Shown piece by piece: positions 1 to 10,097 of a DNA stretch of 52,561 nt; positions within the stretch are counted from its first letter, which is position 1; each line of letters opens with the position of its first letter. The translations under genes were made by a program, and so were the position numbers. Origin of the DNA: a virus. Taxonomy: Duplodnaviria; Caudoviricetes. The stretch covers positions 1 to 52,561 of the IMG/VR virus record IMGVR_UViG_3300047560_001441; one strand, written 5' to 3'. The notes below the pieces were generated by a model that was not told the origin of the DNA, searched no databases, and worked only from the letters and a program-made list of their open reading frames with translations.

Positions 1-525
1 ACCTATATAACCAGCTGCACCACCACCCCCACTACCGTTATAAGTATCAACGTTAGGATATGTTAAAGCACCGCCACCCCCTCCTGTGCCTCCACTACCA
101 ATGTAACCATTAATTAAAAAAGAACCTCCAGGAGACGGTTGGGTTGTTTGAGTGACAGTAGCCCCATCAAAGTTACCACCTTGGCCACCGTAAGCAACAA
201 TACTAGTATCTGATATAAACCAACTATTTGAACCATTTGCCCCAACACCGGCCTGGTTTTCTAGACCCCCGGCACCAACAAAAAGTGAATATTGTTGTCC
301 AGGTAAGACGCTTACATAATTAGCCCATGCAAGTCCACCACCACCACCACCTTGACCACGACGATCACGACCACCACCACCACCCCCCCCTATACATAAC
401 ACGCTTACTTGATATACATTATTTGGGCATGTCCATGTAAATGATCCAGGAGTAGTGTATATATTTTGTCCAGGATTAATATTTCTTGCTGCGTGAACAC
501 CAACCAGAGCATTAACTATAGACAT
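1..525 (-). CDS. Glycine-rich-domain virion/tail-fibre-associated protein, truncated by the window edge
   Basis: Not in the ORF track. The ATG at 525-523 overlaps the upstream stop (TAATG). It reads MSIVNALVGVHAARNINPGQNIYTTPGSFTWTCPNNVYQVSVLCIGGGGGG..., typical of phage Gly-rich domains, and stays open to position 1. Confidence 0.75.
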   Translation of the reverse strand, partial: MSIVNALVGVHAARNINPGQNIYTTPGSFTWTCPNNVYQVSVLCIGGGGGGGRDRRGQGGGGGGLAWANYVSVLPGQQYSLFVGAGGLENQAGVGANGSNSWFISDTSIVAYGGQGGNFDGATVTQTTQPSPGGSFLINGYIGSGGTGGGGGALTYPNVDTYNGSGGGGAAGYIG

Positions 526-2093
526 TAGAACAAGCTTCCACTAATTACGTAGGAGTCAGCGGCATCTACACAAATTATAGTTGCTAACCCTCTTTGGGTC
601 AGTATTCTATTACCTGTAGAACTAGTTCCAGCCCAGTATAGTGTTGTTCCGGTGTTAGAAATAATTGTAACGTTAGAACTACTATTGTTGAATATTGTAC
701 AATTAAAACCTGATGTTAAAACGCCAGAATTTATCACAACATTGGCAGTAGTAGAAATAAGACCACCATTATAATTGTTTGATAAGGCAATAACTGTGCT
801 TTGAGGTGTGACGGGTAATACTGTTGAACCTGCTGAACCTGTATAACCTGCATAACTCCAGTAAGTACTAGTACCATTAGATGTAAGTATTTGTCCCGAT
901 AAGCCTAGTGAGCCATTTGAACTAATTGAATTTGCAGTTAATGTTACAGCTACTACAGTATTTGTTGTAATATTATTTGAGTAGATATTATTTGAGGTTG
1001 TAGTATTAATACTAATTGTATTTGTTGTAATATTATTTGAGTAAATATTATTTGAGGTTGTAGCATTAATACTAATTGTGTTTGTTGTAATATTGTTAGA
1101 AAAAATATTATTAGAATTAATAGTATCAGATAAAAGAGATGTAGTATAAACTATAGAAGCAACATTAATAACCCCCACTTCAAAATTACCAAGTGAAAAT
1201 GTTCCTGCTACTGATAAATTACCTGTTGTGATTCCATTTGTAATTGTCAATGTGTCGGCTGCAGCTGAACCTGTTACCGATAATGATGCACCAGTTAAAG
1301 AATGTGTAACTGCTACGGAATTAGCTGATATTGGACCAGGAATTGAAATGGCACTAAATGATGGTGTTGGGTTAGAGGCATCTACCCATTGACCAGTATC
1401 AACATCATCATAGTATACTTTAAGAGTACCTTCCTGTGTATTCCACCACAAATCACCAGAAGCAGGAGTGCCAGGCGCAGTATTTGATACTGTTACAGAG
1501 GCTCCACCACCACCACCTCCTGTACCGGATGAACCAGTATAACCTCTTACACCTTGATCACCTTGAGAACCAGTATAACCTAGACCACCTGATCCAACAT
1601 ATCCTGTAGAACCTACATATCCTACACCTATTGATCCAGTGTAACCATAAGATCCTGTGTAACCAAAATCACCCTGAGAGCCACTATAACCTAAATTACC
1701 CTGAGAGCCACTATAACCTATATCACCTTTAGATCCTGTGTAACCAATCGATCCAGTAAACCCATATGAACCAGTGTACCCTAGATTTCCTTGTGATCCA
1801 ACGAAGCCAGTAGAACCTGTATAACCTATTGAACCAGTATAACCCAGATTTCCTTGAGAACCTACAAAACCTGTTGAACCCGTGTAACCTAAATCACCTT
1901 TAGAACCGGTGTATCCTGTTGAACCTGTATATCCTAGGTTTCCTTGTGATCCAACGAAACCTGTTGATCCAGTATAACCTATTGCTAGTGTGTTAGCCAA
2001 CCAAACACCATAGTTATTTGCCCAACTCCAAGACTGGGCATTATAAGTATATGTTTGGTTATTTGCAGGGTTACTAGGAAAATTAATTGCCAT
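525..2093 (-). CDS. Collagen-like (GYTGS-repeat) tail fibre/appendage protein
   Basis: MAINFP N-terminal module, about 150 aa of Gly-X-Y repeats, a GDLWW..QWV module, Asn/Thr-rich repeats and a fibre-tip-like C-terminus. Confidence 0.75.
   Translation of the reverse strand: MAINFPSNPANNQTYTYNAQSWSWANNYGVWLANTLAIGYTGSTGFVGSQGNLGYTGSTGYTGSKGDLGYTGSTGFVGSQGNLGYTGSIGYTGSTGFVGSQGNLGYTGSYGFTGSIGYTGSKGDIGYSGSQGNLGYSGSQGDFGYTGSYGYTGSIGVGYVGSTGYVGSGGLGYTGSQGDQGVRGYTGSSGTGGGGGGASVTVSNTAPGTPASGDLWWNTQEGTLKVYYDDVDTGQWVDASNPTPSFSAISIPGPISANSVAVTHSLTGASLSVTGSAAADTLTITNGITTGNLSVAGTFSLGNFEVGVINVASIVYTTSLLSDTINSNNIFSNNITTNTISINATTSNNIYSNNITTNTISINTTTSNNIYSNNITTNTVVAVTLTANSISSNGSLGLSGQILTSNGTSTYWSYAGYTGSAGSTVLPVTPQSTVIALSNNYNGGLISTTANVVINSGVLTSGFNCTIFNNSSSNVTIISNTGTTLYWAGTSSTGNRILTQRGLATIICVDAADSYVISGSLF
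961..1120. repeat. 60-bp tandem coding repeat (two near-identical copies plus one degenerate)
   Basis: 961-1020 and 1021-1080 differ at about 3 positions and encode TISINxTTSNNIYSNNITTN. A third copy begins at 1081. Confidence 0.9.
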
Positions 2094-2117
2094 ATGTGTT
2101 CTTTTTACATTTATTTA

Positions 2118-2876
2118 TTAGACGTATCTTGATTTAAAATTGCCGTAATTAGCAGCCAGTTGTGTAGTTGATAGTTCAGAAGTGTAAAACATTGCTACAG
2201 CACAATCAAAATTAGCATAATAACTGGCTTGTCCATATACCATACCTAATCTCCAATTATTAGTATTATCTGTAGCAGCATTGACATTTAATGCAGAACC
2301 AATTTGTACCTGATCAACAAAAAGTTTAGTACCACTTGCTGTACTTGATGTAACTGCTACTTCATGCCACTTACCATCAGATACTATATTATTATAGACA
2401 GTTGGTTGATTTTGTTGATCCCCCGCTCCTAATCCTGACCATATTCCAACATTACCACCGCCTATAGTTAACCCAAAATCCTGTGATGATGTACCAGAAG
2501 ATACATACCCCATAATACCAGGTTTCTGATAATAAGTAGCATTATCAGAAAAAGATGTTGATTTTATCCAACAATAAAATGTAAATGTGGATAAGTTGGT
2601 AGTAACGAGTCCTATACCATATTGCGATGAACCGTTAAATGTTACATAGTTGTTTTTCTTTGTTAGGCTAGTGGTTATAGTGGGTGATCCAGTAAATGTC
2701 ATGTTACCATAACCCATCTGATCAGTCCAGGAACTAGTAGATATTGTGTTATTAATACTACTTAAATATGCATCAAAATACTGTCTCAATCCAGTAGTGG
2801 TATATGTACTACTCCCACTGGTATTATAGTTACTTGACGTATATTTTCTACTGGATGTTAATGTTTTAGTAGACAT
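2118..2876 (-). CDS. LamG/concanavalin-A-like lectin-domain virion protein
   Basis: Motifs YVTFNGSSQY, FTFYCWIK, SDGKWHEVAVT, KLFVD and FYTSELS match the LamG_3 pattern. Confidence 0.8.
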   Translation of the reverse strand: MSTKTLTSSRKYTSSNYNTSGSSTYTTTGLRQYFDAYLSSINNTISTSSWTDQMGYGNMTFTGSPTITTSLTKKNNYVTFNGSSQYGIGLVTTNLSTFTFYCWIKSTSFSDNATYYQKPGIMGYVSSGTSSQDFGLTIGGGNVGIWSGLGAGDQQNQPTVYNNIVSDGKWHEVAVTSSTASGTKLFVDQVQIGSALNVNAATDNTNNWRLGMVYGQASYYANFDCAVAMFYTSELSTTQLAANYGNFKSRYV

Positions 2877-3217
2877 TACGTAATTTCTGCTCCAAACACC
2901 GTGAATGCAATGTTAGCAGTGCTGTTTGCAAACACTACTATAGAATCATTAGCTGCAAGTGTAATGCCAATAGTTAGTGCAATACTATCTGAAGCAGGAA
3001 TAGTTGTTTCGTAAGCTAAAAAGGTATTAGATGTGGGTGTTGAAATAGAATATCCACTCTTAACAGATGCTAACCTGAAATTTCTTGGTGTTGCATCTAA
3101 GTTACAAATATTTACTGTTGATACAGTAGCAGAAGTGGCTGCTGGAACTGTATATAAAGTGGTATATGTACTGGCAACAGGTGCGGACTGTCCTAATATT
3201 TTATACGCGTATGTCAT
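2876..3217 (-). CDS. Small beta-rich virion protein of tail-fibre clusters
   Basis: YKILGQSAP..TTLYTVPA..VSTVNICN..FGAEIT. It is translationally coupled to the downstream gene. Confidence 0.65.
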   Translation of the reverse strand: MTYAYKILGQSAPVASTYTTLYTVPAATSATVSTVNICNLDATPRNFRLASVKSGYSISTPTSNTFLAYETTIPASDSIALTIGITLAANDSIVVFANSTANIAFTVFGAEIT

Positions 3218-3220
3218 TAA

Positions 3221-3526
3221 TTAAGCTCCCATGAAAAGAAACGGACTTAAAGATTCAGTGGCTGATCCACTACCACCTCCAGCTGATGGGATTGCCGAAA
3301 CCCATTGAGATGTATCACCATCATTATAATATATAAAAAGTAACCCTAAATCATTATTCCACCAAAGATCACCATTTTTAGGACTTGATGGTGCTGCGGA
3401 AGAAATAGAAAAAGAAGCACCAGTACTTCCTTGCCATACACCATAGTTGTTTGCCCAGTACCACGTTTGTGTACCATAGGTATATGTTTCGTTATTTGCA
3501 GGACTAGTAGGAAAATTAATTGCCAT
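3221..3526 (-). CDS. Minimal fibre-module protein (MAINFP module plus GDLWW module)
   Basis: Both modules are shared with 525..2093, but there is no collagen run between them. Confidence 0.7.
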   Translation of the reverse strand: MAINFPTSPANNETYTYGTQTWYWANNYGVWQGSTGASFSISSAAPSSPKNGDLWWNNDLGLLFIYYNDGDTSQWVSAIPSAGGGSGSATESLSPFLFMGA

Positions 3527-3560
3527 ATCAGATCTTCTTGTTTATATCCTATTTATTTCA

Positions 3561-6500
3561 TTAAGCCCAAGTACCAACTGAAACATTAGAACCAGCAGTG
3601 CCAATCGGATAAATTGATATAAATGAACCCGCTCTGATTGTATATGCACCTCCAGGTGCAGCTGACGGTTGATATTGAGGTATAAATGTACCACCACTAC
3701 CTATTGATACAGTACCACTCCATTTCCAGTAACGGGCAATACCAGCCGAAGATGAACTTGAAGAAATTACTGTGGATGTTTCTCTAGTAACTGCAATACC
3801 AGCAACACCAGTATCAATAAAGTTGAATGTATTGGAAGCTTGTGATGTAGAGTGCACTATATATTCTATATTATTGATTGTAGCATTACCTCCAAATAAC
3901 ACACTAACAGTATGTGAGGTAGTACCAGCTGATTTATACCATAATGTCTCTGCTTCAAATCTATAGATAGTATTAGAACTTAGTGTTACACCTACACCGT
4001 ATATATTTTGTACCGCAGTAGAATTTAACCCTACAAGATCTTGCTCTAACCTAAAGAATTGCATTCCAGGTACAATACCTCTTTGTGTACCTGCTGGTGT
4101 GTATAATAGTGTTTTACCATCGAACTCCATTGCACCAGCAGTGGCAGTAGTAAGGTTAGTACCTGTTTGGAACGTAAGAGGTGCTGTAGAAGTAGTACCT
4201 GCTGGTAATGTAATAAATGAACTGGAAGGTGAGCCAGTACCTGCATTAGGAGATGTTGTAACCCATTGTGAACTATCACCATCATTGTAGTAAACATAAA
4301 GACTACCTGTCTCTGAACTCCACCACAGATCACCAGTATTAGCAGAACCTGGTGGTGTTGCTGATAATGTTACAGAAGTACCACCTCCACCACCAGAACC
4401 AGCAGATCCTGTATAACCAACAGAACCAGATGAACCTGTATAACCAGCAGCAGAAGATCCAGTATACCCTGTAGAACCTGCATAACCGACACCTATTGAA
4501 CCAGTATAACCTGTACCACCTTGTGATCCAATTGACCCAGTATATCCTGTATCGCCTATGGAACCTGTAAATCCTACCGAACCACTATAACCAGTAGAAC
4601 CTATTGACCCTGTATAGCCTGTATCACCAATATCACCAGTTCTTGCAAAAGTAATAATAATATCAAGTGCATTACTAAATGTGTTTGAACCTGACAGGAA
4701 TGATGAAGGGACCGCAAAGTAATTTGTATAGTGGGTATGATTACCAGTAATAGCAAACAAAGCAAAATGATCAGTGTTTGCTTTTTCAGTTACTGTAAAG
4801 TGACCTTTTATTGATGATGTTGAATCATCAATTGTTTGTAAGTAGTTATAGACTGATACAAAATTATCTGCATTTTCATTTATATAAAGAGTGGTTGCTT
4901 GTGAGGCATTGGTATTACTTAACTTTAAACCACCATTACCTGGATCACTATTGTCAGTATTTGCATTAAACGTATAATCAAATGCTGCACCACCAAATGT
5001 ACCTTGTGGACCTTGTGATCCTACAAAACCAGTGGAACCTGTGTAACCAGTTGATCCTGAACTTCCAGTATCACCTTTAGAACCAGTATAACCAACAGAA
5101 CCAGTAAATCCTGTACTACCTATAGAGCCTGTATATCCAACAGAACCGATTGAACCTGTGTAACCAACAGAGCCTGTAAACCCAGTAGCACCTTGTGATC
5201 CTGTATAGCCCAGTGATCCTACCGAACCTGTATAACCTGTACCACCAATTGAGCCTGTATAACCAACACCATTAGTAATTAATGCAGCTGCAAACCACGA
5301 ACCTGATCCGGATAATACCTTTTGTGTTGATCCGCCAGTATATGCAGTACAATCAATATTATCAGTTGTACCGTTCATATAAACAATGCGTGTTATTTCT
5401 TGACTTACTCCTGACCAAGTAAGTTTGGGATTCTGTGCAATAGCAAATCCAGAACCATTTTTACGCAATTGTGAATTATATTGATTTGTATTAGCAGATG
5501 GTGTATCCCACCATACATGCAATGTTACTTCGTAATAACCTGCAATTGTTGGTGTGAACTTATATGTTGATGCATTCCACCAATTTTGTGGATCAAAATC
5601 ATCAATAAACTGAATTACTGTATCACCATCTGCGGATATAGTTTGATCAGCATTAAGTTTAGCTTGTACTACATAATCACTTACTGATAAAGCAGCTGAT
5701 GATCCTGTATAACCTGTAGAACCGGTATAACCTACACCTTGAGAGCCGGTATAACCTAGGTTACCTTGTGATCCAACATAACCCACTGAACCTGTATAAC
5801 CTGTAGTACCTTGTGACCCCTGTGAGCCAGTATAACCAGTACCACCTTGAGATCCAGTAAACCCTGTTGTACCCTGTGAACCAATTGACCCAGTATAGCC
5901 AGTATTACCAATAGAACCTGTGAAACCTATCGAACCTGTGTAACCTGTTGTACCCTGTGATCCTATTGAACCGGTGTAACCTGTACCGCCCTGAGAACCA
6001 GTGAACCCTGTAATACCTTGATCACCTGTTGATCCAGTATAACCAGTATCACCCTTAGAGCCGCTAAATCCAATAGAACCAGTAAATCCGAGTGAACCAG
6101 TATAACCAGTGCCACCTTGTGAACCAGTAAATCCTGTATCACCTATATTACCTGTTCTGGCAAATGTAATAACTACATTTGAACCATTTGTAAATGATGT
6201 AACACCACTCAGATAAGACACCGGAATATCAAAATGATCAACATCTTCAGTGTGTGTTCCAGTGATAGCAAACATTGCATAGTTTTGTGCGTTTGCCAGA
6301 TCTCTAAGAGAGAAATGACCCTTGATAGCACTTGTACTATCATCAACAGTCTGTAAGAAAGAATAACTGTTAGCACCCAATGCATCAATATAGTCTACAT
6401 AAAGACTAGTTGCATATACTAAGTTTGTGTTACTAAAGTTTAGATATCCATTAGCTGTAGATGTATGAGCTGTGTTAGTTGAGAAGCTATATTCAAAAGC

Positions 6501-7868
6501 TGCACCACCAAACTCACCTGCAGGACCCTGTGATCCTACAAAGCCTGTTGAACCTGTATACCCGTCATTACCTTGAATACCCTGATCACCTTTAGATCCT
6601 GTATATCCTGTTGAACCTTGGGAGCCAGTGAATCCAATATCACCCTTTGACCCTGTATAACCTGTACCACCTTGTGATCCTGTAAAGCCTGTTGTACCTT
6701 GATCACCAGTTGAACCAGTATACCCTGTAGTACCTTGAATACCTTGTGATCCAGTAAAACCAACTGATCCAGTAAATCCTATTTCGCCTTGTGATCCTAC
6801 ATAACCTGTACCACCTTGTGATCCAGTAAACCCTTCTACACCTCTACTACCAGTATAACCTGTTGTTCCTTGTATACCCTGTGAACCAGCAAAGCCTACT
6901 GATGTAGACCAATAAGCAGTTGTACCATTGGAAGTAAGAACCTGTCCAGCTGTACCAATAGAACCGTTTGCATTTAATCCTTTAATAAAGGACGTAGCAG
7001 TTCCATCAACTTTAAACAGTTCATTATTATTACTTGAATCAGTAACTACAAAGTAACGAGTAGGATCACCAGCACCACCCCACAACTTAACTTGCATAAA
7101 GACATTGGAACCTGATACATCTGAACCAAATGCCCAGTAGGGATCAGCATAGTTAGGTAGTAATAAATTAGGATTAGCATAACCTGAGCTAGTGAAGGAT
7201 GCTGCGTTTACTGAACCTTTAAAGTAAGCATCATTCCAACTTGCACCTGGTTGACCTAAATTAGCAACACCATCACTATTAGGTTGAATAGATGCATCAC
7301 TACCACTAATTTGAATGAATTGAGAACTTGTACCAAGATATAATGAATAATAAGTAGGAGCAAATATTTGACCTGAGCTGTAATAGCTAATAGGAACGTT
7401 TACAACGCCTTGGCTATCAAGTGTAAGCTGATAAGAACCGTTTATAAGTTTATCAGTAGTTGCAACACTTCCTGTTGAACCTGTATAACCAATACTACCA
7501 GTTGATCCAGTATATCCAGCATCACCTTTTGAACCTACAAATCCTGTTCCTTGTGATCCAGTAAAACCAATTGAACCGGTGTAACCAGCTGCCCCTGGAC
7601 CCCAATAAACATCTGAACCGTTTGTATAAAGAACTTGACCACCCGAACCCAAACTATTATTTGCTATAATAGATTTTACTGTTAAATTTCCTGAAACATT
7701 TACGTTTGTATTATTAGCACCAATTTCAAATACAACAGAACCATTGCCGGAATATAAAATTCCGTCAGTCATGTTAAGGGCTAATTCACCAGGGTTTGTG
7801 AGGGTTGTGTTATTAGCAGCACGTCCAGAAACAGACGTACGCTTAATTTGGATCAGGTTATTTGCCAT
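3561..7868 (-). CDS. Large collagen-like tail fibre with Mtd_N-like N-terminus and internal C1q-like domain
   Basis: N-terminal IQIKR...GELALN...LY motif, multiple Gly-X-Y runs, two copies of a DDSTSxIKGHF domain, and a C1q/TNF-like segment (KFTPTIAGYYEV). Confidence 0.8.
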   Translation of the reverse strand: MANNLIQIKRTSVSGRAANNTTLTNPGELALNMTDGILYSGNGSVVFEIGANNTNVNVSGNLTVKSIIANNSLGSGGQVLYTNGSDVYWGPGAAGYTGSIGFTGSQGTGFVGSKGDAGYTGSTGSIGYTGSTGSVATTDKLINGSYQLTLDSQGVVNVPISYYSSGQIFAPTYYSLYLGTSSQFIQISGSDASIQPNSDGVANLGQPGASWNDAYFKGSVNAASFTSSGYANPNLLLPNYADPYWAFGSDVSGSNVFMQVKLWGGAGDPTRYFVVTDSSNNNELFKVDGTATSFIKGLNANGSIGTAGQVLTSNGTTAYWSTSVGFAGSQGIQGTTGYTGSRGVEGFTGSQGGTGYVGSQGEIGFTGSVGFTGSQGIQGTTGYTGSTGDQGTTGFTGSQGGTGYTGSKGDIGFTGSQGSTGYTGSKGDQGIQGNDGYTGSTGFVGSQGPAGEFGGAAFEYSFSTNTAHTSTANGYLNFSNTNLVYATSLYVDYIDALGANSYSFLQTVDDSTSAIKGHFSLRDLANAQNYAMFAITGTHTEDVDHFDIPVSYLSGVTSFTNGSNVVITFARTGNIGDTGFTGSQGGTGYTGSLGFTGSIGFSGSKGDTGYTGSTGDQGITGFTGSQGGTGYTGSIGSQGTTGYTGSIGFTGSIGNTGYTGSIGSQGTTGFTGSQGGTGYTGSQGSQGTTGYTGSVGYVGSQGNLGYTGSQGVGYTGSTGYTGSSAALSVSDYVVQAKLNADQTISADGDTVIQFIDDFDPQNWWNASTYKFTPTIAGYYEVTLHVWWDTPSANTNQYNSQLRKNGSGFAIAQNPKLTWSGVSQEITRIVYMNGTTDNIDCTAYTGGSTQKVLSGSGSWFAAALITNGVGYTGSIGGTGYTGSVGSLGYTGSQGATGFTGSVGYTGSIGSVGYTGSIGSTGFTGSVGYTGSKGDTGSSGSTGYTGSTGFVGSQGPQGTFGGAAFDYTFNANTDNSDPGNGGLKLSNTNASQATTLYINENADNFVSVYNYLQTIDDSTSSIKGHFTVTEKANTDHFALFAITGNHTHYTNYFAVPSSFLSGSNTFSNALDIIITFARTGDIGDTGYTGSIGSTGYSGSVGFTGSIGDTGYTGSIGSQGGTGYTGSIGVGYAGSTGYTGSSAAGYTGSSGSVGYTGSAGSGGGGGTSVTLSATPPGSANTGDLWWSSETGSLYVYYNDGDSSQWVTTSPNAGTGSPSSSFITLPAGTTSTAPLTFQTGTNLTTATAGAMEFDGKTLLYTPAGTQRGIVPGMQFFRLEQDLVGLNSTAVQNIYGVGVTLSSNTIYRFEAETLWYKSAGTTSHTVSVLFGGNATINNIEYIVHSTSQASNTFNFIDTGVAGIAVTRETSTVISSSSSSAGIARYWKWSGTVSIGSGGTFIPQYQPSAAPGGAYTIRAGSFISIYPIGTAGSNVSVGTWA

Positions 7869-7896
7869 ATGGCCCTCTTACAAACAGTATATACTG

Positions 7897-8097
7897 TCAG
7901 GATTCCAGTTCATTCTTTTTAGTCTTGGAGCTGGCCTTATCTAAGGCTTTTTGTTGCTCTTCAACTTTACTATTTAGGCTTGCAATTTGCTTCTCATAAA
8001 AAGCAATCTGAGCTGATTGCAAGATATTACTCTTGGTCAGCTCAGATACAGCGTTTAATAATTTTTCCACATACAAATTAAATAATTCAGGTCCCAT
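7897..8097 (-). CDS. Small coiled-coil protein
   Basis: 66-aa ORF filling the gap, co-oriented with its neighbours, heptad-like sequence. Confidence 0.65.
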   Translation of the reverse strand: MGPELFNLYVEKLLNAVSELTKSNILQSAQIAFYEKQIASLNSKVEEQQKALDKASSKTKKNELES

Positions 8098-8116
8098 AAT
8101 ATATTATCTTTCAGTA

Positions 8117-9691
8117 TTAGAAAGTACCACCATCAAGAGAACCGTAATACAAGATTGATCCATCTGATTGAAGAACTTGACCTGCAGCACCCGCTGATAA
8201 CTTTTGTAATCCTGATGCTGTGTTACCAACTAACAAATCACCATTAGTGTATGTTTTGAAACCAGTACCACCTGATGCATATCCTAAGGCAGTTGAAAGA
8301 GATAGTGTATTGGCTTGAATATCAACCGTAAGTGAGTTAGTACCAATAATGTTAATATTAGTTGAGTTAGAAACTAATCCACCAGCAATCAACCAAGCCT
8401 GCAATGTGCCTTGATTATAAGATGTATCACCAGTATCAACAACAGTTGTTGGAGTTACTGTTAGACTGTCAAATATTTTGTAGACACCGTCAGATGCATC
8501 ACGGAAGAAGCCAGTGTGCTCGTGTCCTCCGCCATCTTTATTATAATTACCAAAGAAACCTATATCTAGTAAATCAGTTAAATCATTGTTTGAGGCTAAC
8601 TGGATTAATGGGTCAGTGACAATATATGATTCAACGTTTGAAAATACTGCATTACCAGTGATATGAAGGTCACCACCAATATAGAAGTCATGATAGACGG
8701 TTCCAGTATTAGCAACAAAATTACTATTGACTGTTAAACCATATACTTGAATTGTGTTAGATGTTGCTGTAACAAATGAATCACTAGATGAACCAAGTCT
8801 TAATTGATTAAACCAACCAGTGTTGTAAATTGCACCCGGACTACCTACATCATAAGTATTATCTGAAGTGGGTATAAGAGTTCCAGCTAAACTTCCGTTG
8901 ATAGTAATCTGATCTTGAATAGCATCACCAAGAACAACGTTACCATTAAGAGTTGTTTGTCCGTCAACTGTTAATGAACCGAGTGTTTGATCGGAGGCAA
9001 CATGTAAACCAGTTGAATTGGATACTAAACTACTACCAACAACAGCTGCAATAACAGGCTGAGCACTTTCACCTGAAGTTACTGATACACTTATACCATT
9101 TCCAGCTGCAATACTTTGAACATAGTCACCTGTTGTATCCGTACCAAGAGCAACTGTATTGTTATCAATAGTAACGCTAAGGGTTGCATCACCTAAATTG
9201 GTAAATGTAACGTTACCTGAAACATCACCAGTAAGTGTAAGTTTTGGTGAGCGGTTGATTGTTGTTACATTTAGATTCTCAATGGTTGTATTTGCACCAG
9301 TGAGATATAAGTTACCAGAAAGTGTTCTTGAATCAGTATTTTGTACAAATGATGGACCAGCTGCAGCTGTTGTTGACCAGTAAAGTTTACCAGAACTATC
9401 AACAGAAAGAACTGAATCAGTAGGACCATAGGTACCATTAGCAGACAAACTATTGATTGTAGCATTAGCTGTTCTGATTTCATTAAGAAACCCAGTGCTA
9501 TTTGCAACAAGAGCTTGATTAGCTGTTAAGATACCAGGGTTTCTTTCACCGGCAATTGGGAGGACTGAACCATAATTGCCAATAAAAACAACATTACCCG
9601 CAGCAGTAAACGCAAGCTCACCATTAGCTAACGAGGCGGGTGTAGCTGTTGTTTGTGAGCGTTTAATTTGAATTAAATTTGGCGATGCCAT
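8117..9691 (-). CDS. Tail fibre/virion appendage protein
   Basis: IQIKRS..LANGELAF N-terminus, DPLIQLA..DIGF..GFFRDASD module, C-terminal LDGGTF motif common in phage fibres. Confidence 0.75.
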   Translation of the reverse strand: MASPNLIQIKRSQTTATPASLANGELAFTAAGNVVFIGNYGSVLPIAGERNPGILTANQALVANSTGFLNEIRTANATINSLSANGTYGPTDSVLSVDSSGKLYWSTTAAAGPSFVQNTDSRTLSGNLYLTGANTTIENLNVTTINRSPKLTLTGDVSGNVTFTNLGDATLSVTIDNNTVALGTDTTGDYVQSIAAGNGISVSVTSGESAQPVIAAVVGSSLVSNSTGLHVASDQTLGSLTVDGQTTLNGNVVLGDAIQDQITINGSLAGTLIPTSDNTYDVGSPGAIYNTGWFNQLRLGSSSDSFVTATSNTIQVYGLTVNSNFVANTGTVYHDFYIGGDLHITGNAVFSNVESYIVTDPLIQLASNNDLTDLLDIGFFGNYNKDGGGHEHTGFFRDASDGVYKIFDSLTVTPTTVVDTGDTSYNQGTLQAWLIAGGLVSNSTNINIIGTNSLTVDIQANTLSLSTALGYASGGTGFKTYTNGDLLVGNTASGLQKLSAGAAGQVLQSDGSILYYGSLDGGTF

Positions 9692-10054
9692 TTAGAAGTC
9701 TCCTCCGTCCAAAGTCTGATTTGAAATTTGTAAAGGTAATACATAGTATTTATCTTCTGAAGCGACGTAAGTTAAAAGATTTCCATCTGCGGGCGGATTG
9801 GCAGATAAATCAGCTGCAACCACATCGGATAGATTATCAAGATTGTTATTTGCCCAATATACTGCGGTTCCATTTGAACTTAATACCTCACCTGGATTTC
9901 CATTTGAGCTATTAGCAGTTAGAGAACCTGTAAGAATTATATTATTAGCAGTAATGGTTTGTGGAACCCAACGAGATCCATCCCAGAGCCAGGTTTTACC
10001 ACCTGTAACTGTAGTATCATTTAATGACGGGTTATTAGGGAAATTCAAAGCCAT
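9692..10054 (-). CDS. Small fibre-module protein
   Basis: MALNFPNNP N-terminal module, GEVLSSNGTAVYW, LDNLSDV, C-terminal LDGGDF. Confidence 0.7.
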   Translation of the reverse strand: MALNFPNNPSLNDTTVTGGKTWLWDGSRWVPQTITANNIILTGSLTANSSNGNPGEVLSSNGTAVYWANNNLDNLSDVVAADLSANPPADGNLLTYVASEDKYYVLPLQISNQTLDGGDF

Positions 10055-10097
10055 CTGTTAAAAAACCATTTTTTAATATTTATCCGACCGTTTTTCA

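Noticed and set aside
3561-9691. Diversity-generating retroelement, suggested by Mtd_N-like N-termini
   Set aside because: No reverse transcriptase and no TR/VR pair with adenine-specific mismatches is visible in the window.
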